From positions 226,548,001 through 226,612,000 of the forward strand of contig OZ024740.1 in NCBI GenBank assembly GCA_964016885.1: 64,000 nucleotides of DNA, given 5' to 3'. The notes under the pieces are model-generated. The model saw nothing but the letters and a program-made list of their open reading frames with translations, was not told where the DNA came from and searched no databases. The translations under genes were made by a program, and so were the position numbers. How positions within the stretch are numbered: the stretch's first letter is position 1; the number at the start of each line of letters is the position of its first letter. This DNA comes from Eledone cirrhosa. Its lineage: Eukaryota. Of this stretch, positions 54,740-64,000 are shown in pieces.

Positions 54740-56310
54740 ACCACCACACCTCCCAACACAACCACCACCACTACCATCACAACCACCACCATTATCATCA
54801 CAGCCACCACAACTACCACCACTCATTACAACCACCACCACAACCACCCCCCTCTATCATTACAACCACCACCACTATCATCACAACCACCTCCACTACC
54901 ATCACAATCACCCCCACTACCACCACAACCACCCCCTCTATCACCACAACCACCCCCACTACCACCACAACCAACCCCACTATCATCACAACCACCACCA
55001 CTATCATCACAATTACCTACATAACCATCACAACCACCCCCTCTATCATCACAACCACCCCCACTATCATCACAACCACCTACACTACCACCACAACCAC
55101 CCCCACTATCATCACAATCACTTACACTACCACCACAACCACCCCCACTATCATCACAATTACCTACACTACCATCACAACCACCCCCACTATCATCACA
55201 AACACCCCCACTACCACCACAACCACCCCCTCTATCATTACAACCACCCCCACTATCATCACAACCACCCCCACTATCATCACAATCACCTACACTACCA
55301 CCACAACCACCACCACTACCATCACAACCACCCCCACTATCATCACAATCACCTACACTACTACCACAACCACCCCCACTATCATCACAACCACCTACAC
55401 TACCATCACAATTACCTACATAACCATCACAACCACCCCCTCTATCATCACAACCACCCCCACTATCATCACAACCACCTACACTACCACCACAACCACC
55501 CCCACTATCATCACAACCACCCCCACTATCATCACAACCACCTACACTACTACCACAACCACCCCCACTATCATCACAACCACCCCCTCTATCATCACAA
55601 CCACCTACACTACCACCACAACCAGCCCCACTATCATCACAACCACCCCCACTATCATCACAACCACCTACACTACTACCACAACCACCCCCACTATCAT
55701 CACAACCACCCCCTCTATCATCACAACCACCTACACTACCACCACAACCAGCCCCACTATCATCACAACCACCTACACTACCACCACAACCACCCCCACT
55801 ATCATCACAATCACCTACACTACCACCACAACCACCCCCACTATCATCACAATCACCTACACTACCACCACAACCACCACCACTACCATCACAACCACCC
55901 CCACTATCATCACAATCACCTACACTACCACCACAACCACCCCCTCTATCATCACCACCACCTACACTACCACCACAACCACCCCCACTATCACCAACAA
56001 CCCCAACCACTTTCATCACCATCACCACCACAACCACCCCCTCTAACATCACCACCACCTACACTACCACCTCAACCACCCCCACTATCACCAACAACCC
56101 CAACCACTTTCATCACCATCACCACCACAACCACCCCCTCTATCATCACAACCACCTACACTACCACCACAACCACCCCCTCTATCATCACCACCACCTA
56201 CACTACCACCACAACCACCCCCACTATCACCAACAACCCCAACCACTTTCATCACCATCACCACCACAACCACCTCCTCTATCATCACAACCACCACCAC
56301 CACCACCATC
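54740..56310. repeat. ACC/ATC-derived minisatellite (21-bp core ACCACCCCCACTATCATCACA, with 42-bp variants)
   Basis: Tandem degenerate units, almost G-free on the plus strand. Confidence 0.9.
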
Positions 56311-56408
56311 AGAAAACAATCTCCCACCTCAACCATCACCACTTAACCCAGCTCCTAACATCCACATTGAAAATCTGCTGCTATGGCTCAGCATTAGCAG
56401 AATGGCAC

Positions 56409-56455
<47 letters not shown>

Positions 56456-56539
56456 CACATTCATACATATGCATATACACATACATATAGAGATTCACAC
56501 ATACATATACATATACATATTCACACATATACACAATCA

Positions 56540-56860
56540 CACATATACGCTTTCACACATATACACTTTCACACATATACACTTTCACACATATACACTT
56601 TCACACATATACACTTTTACATATATACACTTTTACATATATATATATACTTTCACACATATACACTTTCACACATATACACTTTTACATATATACACTT
56701 TTACATATATATATATACTTCCACACATATACACTTTCACACATATACACGTTCACACATATACACTTTTACATATATACACTTTTACATATATATATAT
56801 ACTTCCACACCACATTTTACACTTTCACATATATACATTTTCTCACATATACACATTCAC
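56540..56860. repeat. 16-bp minisatellite ACTTTCACACATATAC
   Basis: Tandem degenerate units. Confidence 0.85.
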
Positions 56861-57099
56861 ACATATATATATCTTCACATATATACACATTTACACATGC
56901 ACATTCACACATACACAACATATACACATTGATACATATACACATATTCACATATTAATTCATATGCATATATACATATATACACATTCAAACATATATA
57001 CTCTTACCCAGAAAAACACAGACTTACACTTATACAAAAATCTATTCATGCACAGATCTACTCAGGTATGTTTGATGACATAAATAGATGTGTATATAT

Positions 57100-57140
<41 letters not shown>

Positions 57141-57446
57141 CAGAGGTTATATTTAATTTGTTGGGATACAACAAGCTTAAAAATATTTTTTATAACTGAT
57201 ATAAAGCACTCAACAGTTTATTGGAGTAAATATACAATATATTAACAAATGGAAACTATATTTATAAAACCATATTTATCTTATACATATTTCAAGGGCC
57301 ACCAAGGCAAATTATGGTGCGCTTTCATCAGATAAAATACAATACAGATTAGTTTTATAAATAAATATTGAGATACCCTGAAAAAAGACAACCATAACAG
57401 ATTACTTCAAAATATTAATAAATATAGACATTCATCTGAACAAATA

Positions 57447-57511
57447 TATTTTATTATACATATTCAGAGGTACTGAGCTATTTCAACAGTACGTCCTCAT
57501 CAGATAAAATA
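57447..57511 (-). ncRNA. Hammerhead motif, second copy of the 8836-8899 family (one A lost from GAAA)
   Basis: UAUUUUAU-CUGAUGA-GGAC-GUACUG..CAGUAC-CUCU-GAA-UAUGUA-UA^AUAAAAUA, with an 8-bp stem I. Confidence 0.6.
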
Positions 57512-57567
57512 AGTTGATGCCTGACATACCTTGATTATGTTGATGGTTATAATTCAGTCATGGCAAT

Positions 57568-57616
<49 letters not shown>

Positions 57617-57652
57617 ATTTAGATGTATATATATATATATATATAAATGTAT

Positions 57653-57851
57653 ATAGGAAAATGTTCAAGACTCCGACGGCAGAGCTCAAGCCTTTTCGAC
57701 GGCTATTTCAGTCCAGAAATAGCCGTCGAAACGGCTTGAGCTCTGCCGTCGGAGTCTTGAACATTTTCCTATTACCCACTCTACTACCCTAAGTATTGAG
57801 TACTCTGGTCCGTTATCGTCCATCTGGTTCCTTACCACACTTCCTTCGTTA
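57653..57851 (+). mobile_element. Palindromic hammerhead-like element, family 2
   Basis: 57-bp arms 57653-57709 and 57716-57772 (1 mismatch). The tail to ~57851 is homologous to the reverse complement of 48621-48700. Confidence 0.9.
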
Positions 57852-59104
57852 TATATATATATATATATATACATATATACATATGTATATATACATATAT
57901 ACATATGTATATATATACATATATACATATATATATAGAGAGAGGGGGGGGGGCAAGCAAACGTACATACACACACAAGTAAATATGCAAATACATACAC
58001 ACACGTAAATTGAACAAACTTTCGCTTTAGTGTTGTCGGAAAGTCGCACACACAGACACAAACTCCGTGAGAGGTTCACTGACACATATGAGCACCTATA
58101 TAGAAAATGAACACGCACACACATAAATACACTCACATACACACACGCAACGTACACTCACTCACTCACTCACTCACTCACACACATACACGTGAGCACA
58201 TGCTTACTTCCATCTAGACATACACACTTAAGCGTGAAATGAAACCATGTGATCGTATAAAGACGAATAAATCAACGCACACATACACATACGTGCGAGC
58301 ACACAGATACAGACTTAGACACATACACACACTTATCTACATTTACGTATGTACATTAAGATAGCTGCATACATACGTATACAGAGACACACACACACAC
58401 ATACACTTATATACAGAGATATACACACACATTTATGCACACAGACTCGCATGCTGTCATCTGAAAGTTGACAAGCATTCATACATACACACAGAGAGAA
58501 ACATACGCACATACACCCGCACATAGACACAGACATAAGCATACACTTATCCACATTTATGTACATCAGAATGGTTGCATACTCACGTATACAGACACAC
58601 ACTTATAAACAAATAATATACACATACATATATGCTCACAGACTTGCATGCTGTCACCTGAGCGTTGACATGCATTCACATACACACGCGCGCGTACACA
58701 CATACATGCATTGATGTGCACAAATACACGCAGATGGTGGTTACAGTGGCGGCGTTGATGATGATGGTGATGGCGGAGACGATGGTAGGGAATGGGGGAG
58801 GAGAAAGTTGTTTATAGTAGCAATCATCATCATCACCGCCATCATCGTCATAGCCATCGTAGTTGTCATCGTCATCATCATCATCATCATCATCATACAG
58901 GTGACCAGGGTTAGATTTAGACTTAAGTGGGCCGCTGGGCACTTCAGGTTTTGTGGGCCCCTCATACACAAAAGATTAGAATACACAGCAAACTCCCCAT
59001 TTTTCATATCAAAGTTAGGTTGGTGCAAGTAAATGGAAATTATTGTGTACAGTGCTCAGGTGCACTACAACTCTCAAAGGTGCATGTATAGTACATAGAA
59101 TAAT

Positions 59105-59283
59105 TGTTTCTACTTTTGGCACAAGGCCAGCAATTACCCATTGCATTACTAGAACTTTATTTTATCGACCCCGTAAGGATGAAAGGCAAAGTTAACTTCG
59201 GCGGGATTTGAACTCAGAATGGCAAGGGCCGTAACTCTATACGTCAAAGCATGGCGGCTGACCCTCTACTGATACTGCCAATC
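59105..59283 (-). mobile_element. SINE family B with an 11-bp target-site duplication
   Basis: CATAGAATAAT at 59094-59104 and 59284-59294. A paralogous empty site is visible at ~61060-61080. Confidence 0.9.
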
Positions 59284-59531
59284 CATAGAATAATGTACAA
59301 ATATCAGGAAAGTGAACAGTGTATGAGTCATGATATACACACAGATACACTATGCACACACATGGGCGGAGGTGGTGAGAACAGACCTCAGATCGCTTAA
59401 ACTCACCGAGGAGATGACGAAGGGCCGTTACAAGTGGAGAGATGCTGAATAGGACCTGTCCAACCCTTGCAAGCAGGGAACAGTGGACGTAATATGATGC
59501 TGACGATGTATGTATATATATATATATATAT

Positions 59532-59881
59532 CATCATCATCATCATCATCATCATCATTTTACGTCCGCTTTTCCCTGCTTGCAAGGGTGGGACGGGAAC
59601 TGATTCTGGCTTGATTTCTACAGCTGGATGCCCTTCTTAACACCAACTTCATTTACAGTGAGTGCTGGGTGCTTTTTTTGCCGTGGCACCTCCACGACCA
59701 CTTTGCAGTGGAATGATAGGGACCCCAGTCCCTATCATCTCATTTCTACAGCTGAGTAAACTGGAGCAATGTGAAATAAAGTGTCTTGCTCAAGGAATCA
59801 ACACATCACCCGGTCTGAGAATTGAACTCACAACCTTTCGATTGCAAGGCCAATGCTCTAACCACTAAGCCATGTGCCTCC
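59532..59881 (-). mobile_element. SINE family A, full copy
   Basis: Matches family A end to end. Confidence 0.9.
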
Positions 59882-59902
59882 ATCTATATATATATATATA
59901 TA

Positions 59903-60512
59903 TGGTGGCTGCCAACTCGTTTTCGAGTACGGCCACTACTTTATATCCATCTAGAAGAACCCCTACCGATGCCCTGAACGAGTGTCACTTTTTAGTCCAG
60001 CCAGCGACTTGAAAACTCTGGTACAAACACTACACTTGTGACAATGATTGACACATAGTGCTGGGCCCATGGTACCATGTGACGACATGTGCAGAGAGAT
60101 CTCCAGATATAAAGCAATGCCTGTGCCGTGAAGCTTTTATAGTGAGCAAAGGCACTGCACAAAGCCAGTCCCACTCTCTTAACCAAGATGATATTTACCA
60201 AAAAGAAGAACAAGTCAACATCATTGGATACCATCAGGGTTGCAGGTGTTATATCAGAGTTTTCCTTCTCATAGAATTCTGCCTTGACAAAGGCTAAGGG
60301 GGTCATCTCTCCCGGTGATTTTGGATGGCCATTGACTCTTAAGAGCTCCTTTGCTCTTTGAAAGGTTTTGTTTTTAGTCCTGCAGGATGTCCTAAGTCAC
60401 CCTCCTCACCAAGAAACCTTGGTGGGGTTGCAAGTTTAGTCGCCAACGACCCGACCATGTGACGGGTTGTAATGGGATACATGTTACCAGTAGCACCAAC
60501 TGGTGACCTGAC

Positions 60513-60513
<1 letters not shown>
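59903..60513 (-). mobile_element. Non-autonomous RTE-derived element, second full copy
   Basis: Colinear, high-identity match to 43976-44585 with the same ends, with (TA)n on both sides. A tail-only third copy lies at 60571-60635. Confidence 0.88.
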
Positions 60514-60571
<58 letters not shown>

Positions 60572-60808
60572 GGTGGCTGCCAACTCGTTTTCGAGTATGG
60601 CCACTACTTTATATCCATGTAGGAGAACCTCTACCAATAATTTGTTGAGTGCTTTATATCAGTTATAAAAATATTTGCTTGTTGTATCCCAACAATTTAA
60701 ATAGAACTTCTACATATATATATATATATACGTATATATATAATTACACACACATATATATATGTATATGTCTATATACATATATGTATGTATAAGTATA
60801 TATAATAA

Positions 60809-60999
60809 TAATTGTTTCTACGTTAGGCACAAGGCCAGCAAATACCCAGTACATTACTGGTACTTTATTTTATCGACCCCGTAAGGATGAAAGGTAAACT
60901 TAACCTTGGCTTGATTTGAACTCAGAATTTCAAGGAGCATAACTCTATGCGACAAAGCATGGCACCCAACCCTCTACTGATACTGCCAATCCACCACCC
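60809..60999 (-). mobile_element. SINE family B copy
   Basis: Reverse complement of the family B consensus. Confidence 0.85.
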
Positions 61000-61155
61000 T
61001 ATTTATTTAATAATAATGAAAATGTTGTACAGTGCTCAGGTGCACTACATTCATCAAAGGTGCATGAATAATGTACAAAAGTCAGGAAAGTAAATAGTGT
61101 ATGGAAAAAGGTGGTGGTGGGAGCAGGCTGGCCCCTATATTGTTAACTGGATTCA

Positions 61156-62165
61156 TTAATGATTGGAACCAGTGACCAGCTTGTCCATAGTAGAAAGTCT
61201 GTCATGGTTGAGGAATTCTTTGAGTATCAGGAAGAATCTATTGCTGGCTGTTTTGAGAGTGGTGTGGAGATCATCTGTCCAGCCCAGTGTGTCTGTAGTG
61301 GTCTGGACACTGTCAAACATCTGTAGCATCAAACAGAAGGCATCCATCTTGGCACTGACTCAACTGAGCTGGGTCGGTGGAGTATCAGGCATCCGACACC
61401 AGGGCGCGAGCTCATTGTCGTAGCAACTGTGGAATTGCTCCAGCCTGGCGTTCATGCTAGCAACCATGGTGTCCAGTGATCAACAGGTGTCTGCGACTTC
61501 TTCGCAGGTGTAGCAATTGTAGAGGTACTTATCTTTAATCACTGTCAACTCTTCTAATTCGTCATTCAACTCTTGGACAAGTTTCTTTGCAACATCTTTG
61601 AACTTCTCTATCAGGTCTGTGACTTTGTTCCTTGATATATTTTCTAAATTCTTGTGTTGAGACTTCATGATGCAGACAGCAACATCCCCTGAAGTAAATC
61701 AACCCTAGGAGAGAAAAGTCCGTTTATCACAGTTGGGTGGCTCCCAATCTCCTGGATAAACTGATCTCCCTCTACATACTCCTTGTCCAAATTTGAGGGA
61801 TCATGTTCTCCATGACAGGTTTCTGAAAGTTCCAAAAGAAGGGAGAAGAACTGAAGGTGGTACCTTTTAGTCGCTGTGCCCTTAATAAGGTTGATCCTGT
61901 CTGGTGAACAGAAACCCAGGGAGGACATCAAAGTTAAGAGCTCTTTTAAATAGCTCTCATTATCAAAACGAACCAATTTGTTCATGGTGACCAACATTGA
62001 GGGTTCAATTCTACACAATAGCCATTCAATAACTTTCTTCCTCTCCTCCGATAGTGTCACCAGCTGGCCACAGATCAACTCCTGGTCAACCCCGAAGACA
62101 ATGGAACAGTCCAAGGCCTCTAAATGTTGCCGGAGACTTTCAACTGAATTGAAATAAACCGCCAT
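61156..62165 (-). pseudogene. HAUS7: Processed pseudogene of a HAUS augmin-like complex subunit 7 homologue
   Basis: Three ORF-track pieces join into ~336 codons. LEALDC..SEERKKVIEWLLCRIEP..LGFCSPDRINLIKG..LQFFSLLLE and F..CYDNELAPWC resemble HAUS7 blocks recalled from memory (LKDLNC..SEYRLEILEWMCTRVWP..LCAPDDQELLKG..LHFMDQLLD; FLQVYDDELGECC). There are no introns, one 1-bp frameshift at ~61690, and in-frame TGA stops at 61480-61482 and 61360-61362. Confidence 0.8.
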
Positions 62166-62799
62166 TATACATACAGGTTTTCAAAAATTCAAAAATCCTA
62201 ACCATCCTAAAACTAAAGAGCCCAGCTGAGGGCACAAATAGATTGCTATGGCCATTGCTGGTGGGGGCCCCCACTACAGAGGGCCCAGAGCAATTTCCCC
62301 TTCATCCCCCATTAAATCCAGTCTTGTAGGTGACAGTAAAAGCTGTGCTGGTAATGTTGTTTATTATATATAGTAAGTGAAATGATTATGATGATGGTGG
62401 TGGAGGTGGTGGTGATGGTGGTGATGGTGATGGGGTAGTGATGGTGATGTTAATGGTGGTGGTGGTGGTGGTGGTGACAGCATTGGAAATGAGAAATAAT
62501 CCTGCTGTTATTGTTTTGCCCCAGGTCAACACTGATCCTGCAAACCTATGATCAAAATTGTTCCAATTGTGACCAACCTGTCTTTTTGTATAGAGTGAAC
62601 TATATTGTTAGTATGTCCTTCCATTTTTAATATTGAAAGGTGTGATTTGAGGGAGACCTGGCTTTTATTTCTAGCAGACTAATAGAGGCTCAGTTGATTT
62701 TGCTGTTATGTATGCTGTCATTGCTGGAGGTGGCAGTACCTAATGGTGATGGTGGCGTGATGGTTGTGTTGTGGGAGGTGGTGAGGGTGAGGGTGAGGG

Positions 62800-63930
62800 T
62801 AGTAATGGTGGGAGGTGGTGGGGTTGGTGAGGGTAGTAATGGTGGTGGAGAAGCTGTATGTGGTGGTGGTAGTAGTTGTGATAGTGGTGGTGATGTTGAT
62901 GTCGTTGTTAGTGATGATAGTGATGGCAGTGATGTTGGTGGTAGTGATGTTGGTGGTGGTGGTGGTGGTGGTGGTGGCGGTTGCGATAGTGGTGATGATG
63001 TTGGTGGTGGTAGTAGTTGTGATAGTGGTGGTGATGTTGATGTTGTTAGTGATGATAGTGATGGCAGTGATGTTGGTGGTAGTGATGTTGATGTTGGTGG
63101 TGGTGGTGGTGGTTGTGATAGTGGTGATGATGTTGGTGGTGGTAGTAGTTGTGATAGTGGTGGTGATGTTGATGTTGTTGTTAGTGATGATAGTGATGGC
63201 AGTGATGTTGGTGGTAGTGATGTTGATGTTGGTGGTGGTGGTGGTGGTAGTTCTGATAGTGGAGGTGATGTTGATGTTGGTGGTGGTGGTAGTTGTGATA
63301 GTGGTAGTGGAAGTAGTTGTGATAGTGGTGATGGTGTTGGTGGTGGTGGTGGTGGTAGTTGTGAAAGTGGTAGTGGTGGTATTTGTGATAGTGGTAGTTG
63401 TGAAAGTGGTAGTGATGGTAGTTGTGATAGTGGTGCTGATGTTGGTGGTGGTGGTGGTAGTTGTGATAGTGGTGATGGTGTTGGTGGTGGTGGTGGTAGT
63501 TCTGATAGTGGTAGTGGTGGTAGTTGTGATAGTGGTGATGTTGATGTTGGTGGTGGTGGTGGTAGTTGTGAAAGTGGAAGGGGTGGTAGCTGTGATAGTG
63601 GTGATGGTGTTGGTGGTGGTGGTGGTGGTGGTGGTAGTTGTGAAAGTGGAAGGGGTGGTAGTTGTGATAGTGGTGATGGTGTTGGTGGTGGTGGTGGTGG
63701 TGGTGGTAGTTGTGAAAGTGGAAGGGGTGGTAGTTGTGATAGTGGTGATGATGTTGGTGGTGGTGGTGGTGGCAGTTGTGAAAGTGGTAGTGGTGGTATT
63801 TGTGATAGTGGTGATGATGTTGGTGGTGGTGGTGGTGGTGGTGGTGGTGGTAGTTGTGATAGTGGTAGTGGTGGTAGTTGTGATAGTGGTGGTGGCTAAG
63901 GTGGCTATGGTGGTAGCTATGGTGGTGGTA
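62800..63930. repeat. GGT/GAT-derived degenerate minisatellite (GGTGGTAGTTGTGATAGT core)
   Basis: Tandem degenerate units, almost C-free on the plus strand, with internal block duplications. Confidence 0.9.
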
Positions 63931-64000
63931 TCAATAGTGATTGAACCACCAATGCTGATAACTCACTGAATTCTTCCTCATTCCTACAATTCAACCTCCC

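Larger units (their letters stand above)
58906..62326. mobile_element. hAT-type TIR element enclosing nested retroelements and the HAUS7-like retrocopy
   Basis: Left end CAGGGTTAGATTTAG, right end reverse complement CAAGACTGGATTTAA, GGGCCC subterminal motifs at both ends, and flanking 8-mers CAGGTGAC (58898-58905) and TAGGTGAC (62327-62334). Confidence 0.65.

Noticed and set aside
54724-57083. Mucin-like Thr-rich ORF (440 aa), His-rich ORF (782 aa) and Gly/Cys-rich antisense ORF
   Set aside because: They are open in several frames on both strands because of the near absence of G. There is no signal peptide or splice context, and one runs through (TA)n.
61360-61482. Selenocysteine or stop-codon readthrough at the two in-frame TGA codons of the HAUS7-like sequence
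   Set aside because: A frameshift is also present, no SECIS was recognised, and CpG decay of CGA explains TGA more simply.
62694-63969. Gly/Ser/Asp/Cys-rich 401-aa ORF and Val-rich 384-aa ORF
   Set aside because: This is a GGT-derived satellite open in two frames with non-ATG starts. It cannot be fully excluded without RNA-seq, but there is no positive evidence.

Overview
AT-rich, repeat-saturated animal genomic DNA. A cephalopod (Octopus-like) origin is inferred from the very long (TA)n/(CA)n/(CAT)n microsatellites and the tRNA-derived SINE families; it is not proven. I could not support any intact host gene, and most entries in the ORF track are microsatellite artefacts. Main contents: (1) a full-length RTE/BovB-clade LINE with one intact 1181-aa APE-endonuclease/RT ORF ending in three C2H2 zinc fingers (50191-54373), plus non-autonomous ~610-bp partner elements that share its 5' UTR and its 3' hairpin; (2) Penelope-like element (PLE) debris, namely two degenerate RT/GIY-YIG fragments and many short elements carrying hammerhead ribozyme motifs, including five ~110-125-bp palindromes that fold back at the ribozyme 5' end, three of which carry a non-canonical hammerhead-like core; (3) an intronless, disabled HAUS7-like retrocopy lying inside a hAT-type TIR element with an 8-bp target-site duplication; (4) many SINEs, LINE fragments, mariner/Tc1/pogo relics and minisatellites. 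All family names come from reading by eye, without database searches, and the boundaries of degenerate repeats are approximate.
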